Below, piece after piece: positions 1 through 11,149 of a DNA stretch of 64,000 nucleotides. The position numbers and the translations under genes are program-made. Positions within the stretch are counted from its first letter, which is position 1. Every line of letters starts with the position of its first letter. Origin of the DNA: an uncultured Planctomycetales bacterium. Its GTDB lineage: Bacteria > Omnitrophota > Gorgyraeia > Zapsychrales > JANLHA01. A model generated the notes under the pieces. The model saw only the letters and a program-made list of their open reading frames with translations. It had not been told where the DNA came from and did no database searches. The stretch is from assembly GCA_964474085.1 (NCBI GenBank), contig CAYYRJ010000007.1, forward strand, positions 8,001-72,000, given 5' to 3'.

Positions 1-1357
1 CGCCCTGCTTTCGATATTGTTCAAAAACCCGCGCAATATTGTCTTCTGAACAGATCGCAACACCGAAATGCACCTTTTGGCCCGTTGTTCTCGACGTGAT
101 TTGCATCAGTCCCGGACACGTTCCCGGTACAAGCTCTGAACTTTCAACATGAAAAACGTTGGCAACCGATGTCCAAAACCACGAGGTGGGGATAAATTCG
201 GTCAACGGAATCAAATGGCGCTTATGATAAATCTCTGTTACCCGCCCATCGGCACTCAAAAAAACCGCACTATTATGCACGCCATTGTCATCCTCAACCG
301 CCGCACCGATTAAAAACGGCACGCCCGACTCTTTAACGAGGGCGAGAATCTTAGATTTTAGGTGCGGCTGATCTAAAAAATCCGTCGGGATCGCTGTTTC
401 TGGCCAAACGACCAAATCCGGCGAAGATTGTTTAAGCCCTTGCCGGCTTAATGCAATCAATTGATCAGCAATTTTTTCGATCTGCTCATCGGAGAGCTTA
501 ATCTGATAATTAATATTCGGTTGGACAACTGCGATTTTAAAAACGTCTGTTTGCGATACTGGATTTGGGTTTTTGAGTACAAACCATCCGTACCCGTAAA
601 CCCCTGATACTAAAAATACCACTAAAATGATTGCAGTGATCCGACGGGAATTCTCTTTGAAACGAAATGCGGCCAGATACAATCCATAATTAACACAAAT
701 CAGAAAAAAAGAAATTCCGCCCGAGCCAAAGACGCCGGCTAATTGCAATAAAGGAATATCAAAACTTTGGCTGTGGCCCAAATCCCAGGACTGGCCGAAC
801 ATCAAAAGTTTTCTTAAATACTCACAAGCTACCCATAAGCAGGGGACATAAAAGATTTGTCTAACCCTTTGGACTTTTCCCGACGGATACAGGGCCGCAA
901 AAATAATTGCCTGACTAGCCAAAGCTATCCCTAACAAAAAATACCCGGGCAAACTGTAGGGGATCATCCAATTGACTGCGGCAAGATTCGCTGCCAGGCC
1001 CCATAAGAATCCTGCCTGAAGTCGACGAATCAAGTTTTTATGTTCAAGGTTTGCAAAAAGCGGGATGGCAAAAACCCATGCCAAAAAAGAAACGCCCTTT
1101 AAGAAGAATATATTGGGAAAGGAAAGATAGAAAAGAAACGCCGAAACAAAAATCCCAAATTTTGCATTACAACACAGTGCGCGACGATCCGTCGCGCACA
1201 AAAAGGTGAATGCAAAATTTGCCTTCGGTTGCGGTTTACCGCAAGGATTAACCCCGCACGTCTCGACAAGGTCGAGACATGCGGCCCTTTGGGCGGATTT
1301 TGCTTGGCCTCGCAGGAGCGAGGCTAATGCAAAATCCGGGATAATCGGCCAAGCCAT
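1..1357 (-). CDS. lnt: Apolipoprotein N-acyltransferase (Lnt). The 3' end lies beyond the window edge. It has an N-terminal polytopic membrane region followed by a CN-hydrolase (nitrilase) domain.
   Basis: Manual minus-strand translation from the ATG at 1355-1357 stays open to position 1. The ATG has an AAGGA Shine-Dalgarno 6 nt upstream. Motifs LSFPNIFF, VVWPETAIP and AICSE match the Lnt transmembrane and nitrilase catalytic regions. It is absent from the ORF track because no stop codon falls inside the window. The first ~60 codons overlap GC-rich palindromes, so the real start may instead be the TTG near 1201. Confidence 0.65.
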   Translation of the reverse strand, partial: MAWPIIPDFALASLLRGQAKSAQRAACLDLVETCGVNPCGKPQPKANFAFTFLCATDRRALCCNAKFGIFVSAFLFYLSFPNIFFLKGVSFLAWVFAIPLFANLEHKNLIRRLQAGFLWGLAANLAAVNWMIPYSLPGYFLLGIALASQAIIFAALYPSGKVQRVRQIFYVPCLWVACEYLRKLLMFGQSWDLGHSQSFDIPLLQLAGVFGSGGISFFLICVNYGLYLAAFRFKENSRRITAIILVVFLVSGVYGYGWFVLKNPNPVSQTDVFKIAVVQPNINYQIKLSDEQIEKIADQLIALSRQGLKQSSPDLVVWPETAIPTDFLDQPHLKSKILALVKESGVPFLIGAAVEDDNGVHNSAVFLSADGRVTEIYHKRHLIPLTEFIPTSWFWTSVANVFHVESSELVPGTCPGLMQITSRTTGQKVHFGVAICSEDNIARVFEQYRKQG

Positions 1358-1370
1358 GCGGGTCCTTTAA

Positions 1371-1402
1371 GAAAAACCGACCCTTTGGGAAACTCCAAAG
1401 GG
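1371..1402 (-). terminator. Rho-independent terminator after the TPR lipoprotein gene
   Basis: On the minus RNA, CCCUUUGG-AGUUUC-CCAAAGGG (8-bp GC stem) is followed 3 nt later by UUUUUCUU. It lies 20 nt downstream of the stop at 1424. Confidence 0.5.
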
Positions 1403-1423
1403 CCGGCTCAAAGTATGAAAAGA

Positions 1424-1927
1424 TTATTTCGCAACAACTGCGTCTTGCGGCAAACCCTGCAAAAGAGCGACAGCGCGCTTAAAATTATTTCCGTCTCTAT
1501 TTTTGCGGAATATCTCGACGGACTTTTCGGCTTGCGCACGCGCCAACGTATAGTTGCCGGCCAAACCCAGATTGGTTGCCAATAAATAATGCGCCTGTCC
1601 GTTTTCCGGATCGACCCGTGTTGCGACAATAAACGTATCGACCGCACGATTATAATCTTTCAGGTGCATATAGGTCTGCCCAAGAATGATATAACCTTGC
1701 ACATCTTTAGGATTTTCGCGAATTGCATCATCAAAACTTTTGATTGCAGCTTTCACATCGCCTTTTTGAAGATTCGCTAACCCTGAAGCAATAAGCGGAT
1801 TAGCCCCGACCGAAGAGGTGCTTATTTTTTCTTCGACTGAAACTGCCTTGGCCCCATCCATTTTTTTAGCCTCGCCGCATCCGGCAAAAATAGCCATCAC
1901 AACAAGAACCAATAAAGCGTTTTTCAT
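1424..1927 (-). CDS. TPR-repeat lipoprotein
   Basis: Signal peptide with lipobox (LVVMAIFAG|C), then tetratricopeptide-like repeats (AIKSFDDAIRENPKD, QGYIILGQTYMHLKDYNRAVDTF). Confidence 0.6.
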   Translation of the reverse strand: MKNALLVLVVMAIFAGCGEAKKMDGAKAVSVEEKISTSSVGANPLIASGLANLQKGDVKAAIKSFDDAIRENPKDVQGYIILGQTYMHLKDYNRAVDTFIVATRVDPENGQAHYLLATNLGLAGNYTLARAQAEKSVEIFRKNRDGNNFKRAVALLQGLPQDAVVAK

Positions 1928-1975
1928 GACCTTCTCCTGTTTTAAGTTTATCTATTGATAATAAAAATACGCGCC

Positions 1976-3415
1976 TTACGCCTTGACGCGATGGGCCAAA
2001 TATCGATCCACGCTCTGTGCCGCGGCTCGACCTTCATGGATCGCCCAGACGACCAACGATTGTCCGCGGCGCATGTCTCCAGCGGCAAAAACACCTTCAA
2101 CGCTCGTCATGCGATTGCCGTCGGTCTTGACATTGCCGCGTTCATCTAAAGCCACACCCAACTCTTCGATCATGCCGCTTTTGACCGGTCCTAAAAATCC
2201 AAGCGCCAACAAAACCAAATCCGCTTCAACGCTAAATTCTGTGCCCGGGATTTCTTTCATCGCGCTGCGTCCGCTGAGTGGATCTTTAGGCCCAAACTCG
2301 ACGCGCACACCGTGAAGTTTTTTGACAACACCATTTTCGCCGGTAAATTTCTTTGTCAAAATTCCAAAATCCCGTTCAACGCCCTCTTCGTGCGACGAGG
2401 AAGTGCGATCAACAAAAGCCCAATTCGGCCAAGGATTGTCGCTGGCGCGTTCTTTCGGCGGCTTAGCAAGAAGCTCAAAATTTTTGACACTGACAGCGCC
2501 CTGACGGATAGATGTTCCAATACAATCCGAACCTGTATCTCCACCGCCTAAGACAACGACTTTTTTGCCTTTAGCGCTAATACGCTTATCGTCGGGAATT
2601 GTCTGCCCCTGGTTGAGGCGATTTTGCTGGGTCAAAAAATCCATCGCAAAATGGACACCCTTTAACGGCCGACCTTCAACAGGGATGTCACGTGGATTTT
2701 CCGCACCGCCAGAGAGCAAAACCGCGTCATATTGGGCTACTAAATCTTTAGCTGCAATATCTTTTCCGACACAAACGCCAGTTTTAAACTTAACGCCTTC
2801 TTCGCGCATGCGTTTAACACGCCGCTCGATGATCCATTTCTCCAATTTAAAATCCGGGATCCCCAATGCTAAAAGTCCACCGACAACTTCATTTTTTTCA
2901 TACACCGTGACATGATGCCCGGCTTTGTTTAGCTCGTCAGCTGCCGACAACCCCGCAGGACCTGAACCGACAATCGCAATCTTTTTACCACTGCGATGCG
3001 CCAGGACTTTGGGTTTAAGCCAATTTTCGGCATAAGCTTTTTCGATGATAGAAACTTCGATATTTTTAATTGTCACCGCCGGCTTGTTGATCGCCAAAAC
3101 ACAAGCGTTTTCGCACGGCGCCGGGCACACACGCCCCGTAAATTCTGGAAAATTATTTGTTTTATGCAAACGTTCTATCGCTTCTTGCCAGCGATTTTTG
3201 TAAACCAAATCGTTCCAATCAGGAATGATATTATTAATCGGACAGCCCGACTGGCAAAACGGCACGCCGCAGTCCATGCAACGGCTGCCTTGCTCGCGCA
3301 ATTTTTCCTCGGGCATGTGCAAATGAAATTCCTTAAAATGCTTAACGCGTTCCTGCGCAGGCTCGTTAGAAAAGTCTTCGCGATTAACTTTCATGAAACC
3401 TTTAATGTCGCCCAT
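1976..3415 (-). CDS. gltD: Glutamate synthase (NADPH) small chain, GltD
   Basis: 4Fe-4S Cys motifs (CMDCGVPFCQSGCP, CPAPCENAC) and FAD/NAD(P) Rossmann motifs (IAIVGSGPAGL, VVVLGGGDTGSD). The likely start is the MGDIKGF ATG at 3413-3415, and the upstream 20 codons of the track ORF are unlikely to be translated. Confidence 0.9.
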   Translation of the reverse strand: MGDIKGFMKVNREDFSNEPAQERVKHFKEFHLHMPEEKLREQGSRCMDCGVPFCQSGCPINNIIPDWNDLVYKNRWQEAIERLHKTNNFPEFTGRVCPAPCENACVLAINKPAVTIKNIEVSIIEKAYAENWLKPKVLAHRSGKKIAIVGSGPAGLSAADELNKAGHHVTVYEKNEVVGGLLALGIPDFKLEKWIIERRVKRMREEGVKFKTGVCVGKDIAAKDLVAQYDAVLLSGGAENPRDIPVEGRPLKGVHFAMDFLTQQNRLNQGQTIPDDKRISAKGKKVVVLGGGDTGSDCIGTSIRQGAVSVKNFELLAKPPKERASDNPWPNWAFVDRTSSSHEEGVERDFGILTKKFTGENGVVKKLHGVRVEFGPKDPLSGRSAMKEIPGTEFSVEADLVLLALGFLGPVKSGMIEELGVALDERGNVKTDGNRMTSVEGVFAAGDMRRGQSLVVWAIHEGRAAAQSVDRYLAHRVKA

Positions 3416-3477
3416 AATAAAAACCTTTATATAATTTAAAACTCGCAGGGAACAGGCATGCCTGTTCCCTACCAAAA

Positions 3478-6400
3478 TTAACCGCCCTTACCCGCGCTAA
3501 CGGCACCTAAACCGGCCGTTTCTTCGACGATCTTGCGATAATCCGTCGGATAAACTTTTACAAATTTGGCCAAGGCATTTTTCCAATCGGCTAAAATCTT
3601 TTGCGCAACGGGACTATCGGTATATTTCGCATGGCTTTCAATAAGATCTTTTAACTCTTTTTCATCAGCTGAATTGGTCACAGAAAATAATTCAACCATC
3701 CCTAAATTGCAGCGATTTTTAAAATCCCCGTCTTTGTCCCAAACATAGGCAATCCCGCCGCTCATCCCGGCCGCGAAATTGCGTCCCGTGGGCCCAAGAA
3801 CAACAACACGCCCGCCGGTCATATATTCGCACCCGTGATCCCCAACGCCTTCGACAACGCTGTGGCTTCCACTATTGCGCACACAGAAACGTTCGCCGGC
3901 AATTCCACGGAAAAATGCTTCGCCCAAAATCGCCCCATACAAAACGACGTTTCCGACGATAATATTGTTTTCGGCGACAAATTTGGCTTTTTTGGACGGA
4001 TACACAATAATGCGCCCGCCGGACAACCCTTTGCCGACATAATCGTTAGCATCCCCTTCCAAGGTCAATGTAACGCCATGGGCCAAAAACGCCCCAAAAC
4101 TTTGTCCCGCCGAACCTTCAAATTTAATCTGAACCGTATTTTCTGGCAAACCCGCCAAGCCATGTTTTCTGGCAATTTCGGCACTCAACATTGTTCCGAC
4201 GGTGCGATTGATATTATGAATCGGCAGCGTCAAAGAAACACTTTTTTTGTTAGCAATCGCCTCTTGACACTGGGCGATCAGCTGATTATCCAAAGCCTTT
4301 TCTAACCCATGGTCCTGACGAGAGACATGATAAATCGCCACATCCAAGGGCACATCCGGCTTGTGCAAAATATTTGTCAAGTCAAGACCTTTGGCTTTCC
4401 AATGACTGATAAGATCCGCCGTTTCCAAACAATCGACGCGACCGATCAGTTCATCAAATTTTTTAAAACCCAACTCTGCCATGAGCTCCCGAACTTCCTG
4501 GGCCACAAACATAAAATAATTGATCACATGCTCTGGCTGACCGACAAAAAGTTTGCGAAGCTCGGGATCTTGCGTTGCCACACCAACCGAACAGGTGTTC
4601 AAATGACACTTGCGAAGCATCACACATCCCATCGAAATAAGGGCAATCGTCGAAAAACCAAATTCATCCGCACCCAACATTCCGGCGATCACAACGTCTC
4701 GGCCTGTCTTAAGCTGTCCGTCGGTTTGTACACGAATACGCCCGCGCAAATCATTCATCACTAAAACCTGCTGCGTTTCAGCAATCCCCAATTCCATCGG
4801 CAAACCCGCATGCTTAATCGACGTTTGCGGAGAAGCACCGGTGCCGCCTTCATAGCCGCTAATAAGCACATGGTCTGCCTTGCCTTTGGAAACACCCGCG
4901 GCAATCGTCCCGACGCCAATTTCGGAAACCAGTTTGACCGAAACATCCGCCTTATCATTCGCGTTTTTCAAATCATGAATCAGTTGCGCCAAGTCCTCAA
5001 TCGAATAAATATCATGATGCGGCGGCGGAGAAATAAGCTGCACGCCCGGGGTCGTATAACGTGTTTTTGCAATATCCTTGCTGACTTTATGTCCCGGAAG
5101 CTGTCCGCCTTCGCCGGGCTTAGCGCCCTGCGCCATTTTAATCTGCAATTGATCAGCGTTGACCAAGTATTCGATCGTTACCCCAAAACGGCCCTGGGCA
5201 ACCTGTTTGATGCGACTGCGTTTTGAGTCTCCATTGGGCAATCTCTTGAAACGTTCTGGGTCTTCGCCGCCCTCGCCGGTGTTTGAAAATCCGCCCATAC
5301 GATTCATCGCGACAGCCAGCGTTTCATGCGCTTCTTTTGAAATCGAGCCGTAACTCATAGCTCCCGTCGCAAAACGTTTAACGATTTCGGTAGCCGGCTC
5401 AACTTGCGAAATATCAACGCTTGACCGCTTTTTAAATGTCAACAGCCCGCGTATCGTCGACAAATTGGTCGCCTGACTATTGATCAGCTGTGAAAATTTC
5501 TTGAAGATTTTAAAGTCATTGGAACGTACCGAATGCTGCAAAAGAGCAATCGTTTGCGGATTGTATTGATGATGCTCTCCTTGTGCGCGCCAGCCATAAT
5601 CGCCACCGATATCAAGAATCTGGTCGTAAGAATTTTCATCCCCGTAAGCGGCCTTGTGACGGCGCAAACTCTCTTGGGCCACCGTATCGATGCCAATGCC
5701 GCCAATCCGAGAAGGAGTTGCGGTAAAATATTTTTCGATAAAGCTCTCGCCTAACCCGATCGCTTCAAAAATCTGCGCACCACAATACGACTGTATCGTG
5801 GAAATCCCCATCTTGGAAATAATCTTAAACAACCCCTTGCGGGTCGCTTTAAGATAATTCTTTTGCGCATCCTTAAACGTCAACGTCGACGGATAACGGC
5901 CGTCTTTAATTTGCATTTCAATGGTTTCAAAAATCAGATATGGATTAATGCAGTTGGCCCCGTAACCGATGAGTGTCGCAAAATGATGCAGCTCGCGCGC
6001 TTCCCCGCTTTCTAAAACCAAGCTGACCCTTGTGCGCGTTCCTTGACGGATCAAATGCTGGTGCAACCCCGAACAAGCCAACAAAGAGGGCATCGGCACG
6101 CGATGTTTATCAACGCCGCGATCCGAAAGGATCAAAATCGAAAATCCTTTTTCAATGGCCGCATCCGCCGCCTGAAAAACTCCCTCAAGTGCTGCTTCCA
6201 ATCCTTGCGGGCCATCCTCTTTGTTAAAAACAATCGGCACCACCATCGATCGCAAATTGCCTTGATTGATTTCACGAATTTTTTCAAGCTCTTCATTGGT
6301 AATAATCGGGCGCGCAACACGCAGACGGTGACAATGCTCCGGCGTTTCGTCTAAAAGATTGCCTTCAGCGCCCAACATCACGTTTTCGGCCATGACAATT

Positions 6401-8013
6401 TCTTCACGAATCGCATCGACGGGCGGATTGGTCACCTGCGCAAAAAGCTGTTTGAAATAATTATACAAAGGCTGCGGCCGGGAACTTAAAACCGCCAAAG
6501 GCGTATCCGCGCCCATCGAGCCGGTCGCCTCTTCGCCATTGACCGTCATGGGTCCTAAGATAATATTCAAATCTTCAAGCGTATACCCAAACGCGCGCTG
6601 GCGTTCCACTAAAGTTTTTTCATCAAGCCCATGCACCCGCCGAGGATTAGGCAAGACACTCAAATCAACGACATTTTCACGCAGCCACGTCGCGTAAGGC
6701 TGGCGGGTCGCAAAATCATTTTTGATTTCGGCATCGTCGATAATCCGGCCTTCCTGCGTATCGATCAAAAACATTTTGCCCGGTTCCAGTCGGCCTTTTT
6801 TGACGACATTTTCCGGCAAAACCGGCAAAACACCGGTTTCGGAAGCCATGATAACCGTGTCCTCATTGGTCACCCAAAAACGCGACGGACGAAGCCCGTT
6901 GCGATCTAAAAGCGCACCCATGTAGCGGCCGTCACTAAAAGCGATTGACGCCGGTCCATCCCACGGCTCCATCAAACAAGAATGGTATTCATAAAAAGCT
7001 CTTTTTTCCGGCGACATCGATTCATGGCCGCTCCACGCCTCGGGCACCATCATCATCATTGCATGCGGCAAAGAACGTCCGCTTAAAACAAGCATTTCCA
7101 AAACATTGTCAAACGTCGCCGAATCACTGCCATGCGGAACAACAATTGAAAGCACTTTTTCCAAATCGCTACCAAATGCTTTAGAAATAAATTGCATTTC
7201 GCGCGCGTGCATATAATTGATGTTGCCACGCAAAGTATTGATTTCGCCGTTGTGCGCGATCATCCGATACGGATGCGCCAAAGCCCACGTCGGAAACGTA
7301 TTGGTGCTATAACGCGAGTGAATCATCGCCAAAGCGGAGGTCATCAGCGGATTGGCCAAGTCCGGGAAAAAGCGATCGACTTGCTCGGCCATCAGCTGGC
7401 CTTTGTAAACGAGCGTTTTGGAAGCGAGGCTGCAAAAATAATAAAAATTGCGCTGGCCAAGTGTCGATTCCTGAACTTTGTTATAAAGTCTCTTGCGGAT
7501 CACATAAAGCTTGCGGTCAAAATCTTCGGGTTTGGTGTTGGCTCCGCGGCCGATAAAAAGCTGTTTAAACGCCGGCATAACCGAACGGGCCACATGCCCG
7601 ACCTGCGAAGGTTCGTGCGGAACTTGCCGCCAACCTAAAAATTTTTGCCCTTCCTCGTGGATGATGTGTTCGGTCCACTGCTCAATAATATTGCGGTCAG
7701 CCAAATTCGGCGGTAAAAAAACAATCCCTGCCCCATAATCGCCAAAGGCGGGCAAAGTAATGTTGCTTTTAGCACATTCCTGACGGAAAAATTCGTCTGG
7801 CATTTGAATCAAAATTCCCGCACCATCCCCAGTCTTAGGATCACATCCACACGCACCGCGATGCGTCAAATTTTCGAGGATTTTGACCCCGTCGCGAACA
7901 ATGCTATGCGTTTTGTTTCCTTTGATATTGACAATAAACCCAACCCCGCAGCTGTCGTGTTCAAAGCGAGGATCATAAAGGCCTTGTTTTTTGGGGAAAA
8001 AGGAATTATTCAT
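3478..8013 (-). CDS. gltB: Glutamate synthase large chain, GltB (amidotransferase, FMN and GXGXG domains)
   Basis: About 1510 aa. The Ntn nucleophile Cys sits right after the start (…EHDSCGVGF). The FMN/Fe-S central domain and the C-terminal GXGXG region are present. The likely start is MNNSFFP at 8011-8013. Confidence 0.92.
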   Translation of the reverse strand: MNNSFFPKKQGLYDPRFEHDSCGVGFIVNIKGNKTHSIVRDGVKILENLTHRGACGCDPKTGDGAGILIQMPDEFFRQECAKSNITLPAFGDYGAGIVFLPPNLADRNIIEQWTEHIIHEEGQKFLGWRQVPHEPSQVGHVARSVMPAFKQLFIGRGANTKPEDFDRKLYVIRKRLYNKVQESTLGQRNFYYFCSLASKTLVYKGQLMAEQVDRFFPDLANPLMTSALAMIHSRYSTNTFPTWALAHPYRMIAHNGEINTLRGNINYMHAREMQFISKAFGSDLEKVLSIVVPHGSDSATFDNVLEMLVLSGRSLPHAMMMMVPEAWSGHESMSPEKRAFYEYHSCLMEPWDGPASIAFSDGRYMGALLDRNGLRPSRFWVTNEDTVIMASETGVLPVLPENVVKKGRLEPGKMFLIDTQEGRIIDDAEIKNDFATRQPYATWLRENVVDLSVLPNPRRVHGLDEKTLVERQRAFGYTLEDLNIILGPMTVNGEEATGSMGADTPLAVLSSRPQPLYNYFKQLFAQVTNPPVDAIREEIVMAENVMLGAEGNLLDETPEHCHRLRVARPIITNEELEKIREINQGNLRSMVVPIVFNKEDGPQGLEAALEGVFQAADAAIEKGFSILILSDRGVDKHRVPMPSLLACSGLHQHLIRQGTRTRVSLVLESGEARELHHFATLIGYGANCINPYLIFETIEMQIKDGRYPSTLTFKDAQKNYLKATRKGLFKIISKMGISTIQSYCGAQIFEAIGLGESFIEKYFTATPSRIGGIGIDTVAQESLRRHKAAYGDENSYDQILDIGGDYGWRAQGEHHQYNPQTIALLQHSVRSNDFKIFKKFSQLINSQATNLSTIRGLLTFKKRSSVDISQVEPATEIVKRFATGAMSYGSISKEAHETLAVAMNRMGGFSNTGEGGEDPERFKRLPNGDSKRSRIKQVAQGRFGVTIEYLVNADQLQIKMAQGAKPGEGGQLPGHKVSKDIAKTRYTTPGVQLISPPPHHDIYSIEDLAQLIHDLKNANDKADVSVKLVSEIGVGTIAAGVSKGKADHVLISGYEGGTGASPQTSIKHAGLPMELGIAETQQVLVMNDLRGRIRVQTDGQLKTGRDVVIAGMLGADEFGFSTIALISMGCVMLRKCHLNTCSVGVATQDPELRKLFVGQPEHVINYFMFVAQEVRELMAELGFKKFDELIGRVDCLETADLISHWKAKGLDLTNILHKPDVPLDVAIYHVSRQDHGLEKALDNQLIAQCQEAIANKKSVSLTLPIHNINRTVGTMLSAEIARKHGLAGLPENTVQIKFEGSAGQSFGAFLAHGVTLTLEGDANDYVGKGLSGGRIIVYPSKKAKFVAENNIIVGNVVLYGAILGEAFFRGIAGERFCVRNSGSHSVVEGVGDHGCEYMTGGRVVVLGPTGRNFAAGMSGGIAYVWDKDGDFKNRCNLGMVELFSVTNSADEKELKDLIESHAKYTDSPVAQKILADWKNALAKFVKVYPTDYRKIVEETAGLGAVSAGKGG

Positions 8014-8094
8014 CAGATAAAATCTCCGCAACCTTCTACAAATTAAAAACTTTCACGCCATCCAAAATAATTTAAACATCCAAAACAAGGGCGT

Positions 8095-8123
8095 ATTTTA
8101 ATAGTTTTTATCGTAAGATGCAA
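8095..8123 (-). promoter_or_regulatory. Sigma-70-type promoter for gltBD (-35 TTGCAT, 17-nt spacer, -10 TAAAAT)
   Basis: On the minus strand: TTGCAT at 8118-8123, a 17-nt spacer, and TAAAAT at 8095-8100. It is about 80 nt upstream of the gltB ATG. Confidence 0.45.
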
Positions 8124-8249
8124 TATATTATTTTGATTTACTTGCCCGACGGTGAAGAATCAACAAGAACACAAATTAACCAGGAGTCAGCGATGTACTT
8201 ATTTTTATAAAATACACCAGAATCTCAAAAATTCACTAAATTTTCTCGA

Positions 8250-9428
8250 TTAAGGCGCCACTTTATTGCGCAAAGCAAGCCCCCACTTTTCAATTGTCTG
8301 GGTCGTGAAAGCCCCAAAAAGAATTGCAGACAAAAAATACAATGTCATCGTCGGTAAAATAGTCAATTTCCCAACCAACTTCACCGCAGGATAGATTAAA
8401 ATATAATGCCAAAGGTAAATTCCGTATGAATTGCGTCCAATCCAAGACAAGATCTTAAACGGCACAATCCCCTGTGGAAGCAACTGATACGCCGCAAAAA
8501 TAAGAAAGGCCGGCGCCAAATATGCCAATGTAAAACTGTACCATTGGCTTGAATAAAAGCAGGAAACCGTCAGAGAAATAAACCCCACATAAATCGCAAT
8601 GCCAACAACACCACAGAGAGCTGCAAAAACTTTAAGCTTGATCGAACAATGTTCATAATAAGGCTCCAAGAGACGCAATAAGCACCCTACCATCAAAGCA
8701 TCCATTCGAAATGACGTTGTTTGAATGATCGCATTTGCGCTAAACCCCCAAAGCAAAGATCCGCCAGTCGTGTAATAATAAATCCTTGCGGTATGCGAAA
8801 AACAAACAAAAAATAAGCACATCACAATTAATAATTTTCGCCGCCCTAGAGGACTTTTTGCACTGCGGCAACAATATAAAAAGAAAATTGGATAAAGAAT
8901 ATAAAACTGCTCTTCAATCGCCAAGGACCAGGTATGCTCCAGTAGCGGGTTCTGAGAAAAATAATTTTGCATAAAAATAAAATATCTGGCATAAAAAATA
9001 TTTTCATCAACCATGATATTTAAGAAATTAGCAGGAATAAGTGGCTTGCTAAAAAAAACCAGGCAGATAAAGACGACAATAAGCGCAAAATAATATTGAG
9101 GGATGATCTTAAAAAAACGTCTTTTATAAAAACGCTTTATATCAACATCACCGTTAAGCCCCTCCAAAAGAAGGCCTGTGATTAAAAACCCGCTGATAAC
9201 AAAAAACATGTCAACCCCCAAATACCCGACGCGCGAAACATCCTGAAATACAAACCCAAACCAGTTGATAAACCCTTTAAGGTTAATTCCAAATCGTAAA
9301 AACATGTAATATATAGAATAAAAGAGGTCATTATAACTAAAGAAAACAAACATATGCCGCATCAAAACCCAAAGAATGGCAATTGCACGCAATTGATCAA
9401 GGAAAGGATAAAATTTCTTATTTTGCAT
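8250..9428 (-). CDS. Acyltransferase family 3 (OafA/YrhL-like) integral membrane O-acyltransferase
   Basis: About 10 predicted TM helices. The N-terminal motif (LDQLRAIAILWVLMRH) is typical of acyltransferase_3. Confidence 0.7.
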   Translation of the reverse strand: MQNKKFYPFLDQLRAIAILWVLMRHMFVFFSYNDLFYSIYYMFLRFGINLKGFINWFGFVFQDVSRVGYLGVDMFFVISGFLITGLLLEGLNGDVDIKRFYKRRFFKIIPQYYFALIVVFICLVFFSKPLIPANFLNIMVDENIFYARYFIFMQNYFSQNPLLEHTWSLAIEEQFYILYPIFFLYCCRSAKSPLGRRKLLIVMCLFFVCFSHTARIYYYTTGGSLLWGFSANAIIQTTSFRMDALMVGCLLRLLEPYYEHCSIKLKVFAALCGVVGIAIYVGFISLTVSCFYSSQWYSFTLAYLAPAFLIFAAYQLLPQGIVPFKILSWIGRNSYGIYLWHYILIYPAVKLVGKLTILPTMTLYFLSAILFGAFTTQTIEKWGLALRNKVAP

Positions 9429-9435
9429 GATTCTC

Positions 9436-11124
9436 TTAACAATCTTCCCGGTATTTATTCGTCATCGGCAGGCGCCAGTCCTTACCAAAAGCACGCGGCG
9501 TGATTTTGATTCCCGGCGGGGCTTGACGGCGTTTGTATTCGCTATGATCGACCATCCGTATGACGGCCTTCACAATTTGCGGGTTACCGAACTTTTTGAC
9601 AATGGCCGCAAAAGATCGGTGATCTTCAACATACGCTTTTAAAATCTTGTCCAAAAGATCATACTCTGGCAAGGTGTCCTGATCTTTTTGATTCGGCCGC
9701 AGCTCAGCCGTAGGAGGACGGTCAAAAACACTTTGCGGAATCATGGGACCCAAAATTTCATTGGCCAAACGGCTAATCTCATAAACTTTTCCCTTAGGCA
9801 AATCTTTGATGACCGCAAAGCCGCCGGACATGTCCCCATAAAGCGTACAGTACCCGACGGCAATTTCGCTTTTATTGCCCGTCGTTAAAACCAGCCAGCC
9901 AAATTTATTGGAAAACGCCATCAAAAGATTTCCCCGCACACGCGCCTGTAAATTTTCTTCGGCAACACTCAAAGGCAAACCGGTAAAACTTTTTGAAAGC
10001 GAATTTAAATACACCTGATAAATATCTTTAATCGCAATTTCCTTAAACTCAATCCCTAAATTCTCGGCTAAAATTTGCGCATCCTGCCGCGTTTGCGCAG
10101 AAGAAAACTCCGAAGGCATCGTAATCCCAACGACATTTTCGCGCCCGACGGCTTCACGGGCAATGACCGCGACTAAAGATGAATCAATGCCGCCGCTTAA
10201 GCCTAAGACAACTTTTTTAAAACCGTTCTTAACCACATAATCGCGTGTACCTAAAACAAGCGCTTTAAAAATCCTCTCATCCGTCGTCATTCTCGGCATC
10301 AGATTGGCGTGTGCGGTGATCCGGCCAATCAATTCTCCGTCGGAAGGCAATTCAAGAATATGTTTATAGCTGCGGCGCTTTTTTCTTTCTTCGTCAACAG
10401 GAAGATCAACAACCAAAAGATCCTCGGTAAATTGTTCGGCCCTCGCGAGAATTTTCCCAGAAGGGCTGACAACAAAACTTCCCCCGTCAAAAACCAATTC
10501 GTCCTGACCGCCGACCAAATTCGCATAACAGATATACGCCCGGCATTCTTTCGCACGCTTAATCAACAGCCGCTCGCGGCGCTCTAATTTTTCAAAGTCA
10601 TAAGGCGAAGAAGAAAGATTTAAAAGCACCATCGCTCCTGATTGCGCCTGGCTTAAATAAATCCCCTCGTCCTGCCAAATATCTTCACAGATATTTGCTG
10701 CAAAACATATATCATTAAGCAAAAACAAAGGATGTTGATTGCCTTGCGTAAAATATCTTTTCTCGTCGAAAACGCCATAATTGGGCAAATCGTGCTTATG
10801 ATAAATGCCGCGAACTTTGCCTTTTGCAATCACCGCAGCCGCATTATACAAATTTTTGTGTTGGTCGATATCCACAAAACCAACAACCATGACCAAATCC
10901 GAGACCTGGCGGGCAATTTCTTGCAAAGCTTTGTGGTTGTCGCGAACAAAATGCTGTTTATAAAGCAAATCCTCCGGCGGATAGCCACTGATTGCCAGCT
11001 CGGGAAAAACAACAATATCGGCTTTAGCGGCTGTGGCCTTTTGCAAATACTCAAGAATTTTTTGTTGATTTCCGGGCAAATCCCCGACGGTGACATTGAT
11101 TTGGGCTAGGGCGATACGAAACAT
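9436..11124 (-). CDS. nadE: Glutamine-dependent NAD+ synthetase (N-terminal CN-hydrolase domain plus C-terminal NAD synthase domain)
   Basis: The nitrilase-like domain (IALAQINVTVGD…, catalytic region ICEDIW) is followed by a PP-loop SGGIDSS NAD-synthetase domain. The ATG is at 11122-11124, and the track ORF begins at an upstream TTG. Confidence 0.88.
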   Translation of the reverse strand: MFRIALAQINVTVGDLPGNQQKILEYLQKATAAKADIVVFPELAISGYPPEDLLYKQHFVRDNHKALQEIARQVSDLVMVVGFVDIDQHKNLYNAAAVIAKGKVRGIYHKHDLPNYGVFDEKRYFTQGNQHPLFLLNDICFAANICEDIWQDEGIYLSQAQSGAMVLLNLSSSPYDFEKLERRERLLIKRAKECRAYICYANLVGGQDELVFDGGSFVVSPSGKILARAEQFTEDLLVVDLPVDEERKKRRSYKHILELPSDGELIGRITAHANLMPRMTTDERIFKALVLGTRDYVVKNGFKKVVLGLSGGIDSSLVAVIAREAVGRENVVGITMPSEFSSAQTRQDAQILAENLGIEFKEIAIKDIYQVYLNSLSKSFTGLPLSVAEENLQARVRGNLLMAFSNKFGWLVLTTGNKSEIAVGYCTLYGDMSGGFAVIKDLPKGKVYEISRLANEILGPMIPQSVFDRPPTAELRPNQKDQDTLPEYDLLDKILKAYVEDHRSFAAIVKKFGNPQIVKAVIRMVDHSEYKRRQAPPGIKITPRAFGKDWRLPMTNKYREDC

Positions 11125-11149
11125 ATAAAAGTGACTCAAAGGTTGGTGG

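Noticed and set aside
1385-1647. Plus-strand ORF 1385-1585 and minus-strand ORF 1408-1647 from the six-frame track
   Set aside because: They overlap the TPR lipoprotein gene in other frames and have no motifs. They look like frame shadows.
3415-3475. 20-codon N-terminal extension of the gltD track ORF (MVGNRHACSLRVLNYIKVFI)
   Set aside because: The conserved GltD N-terminus begins at MGDIKGF, and the upstream in-frame codons run into the gltB stop region. It is probably untranslated.
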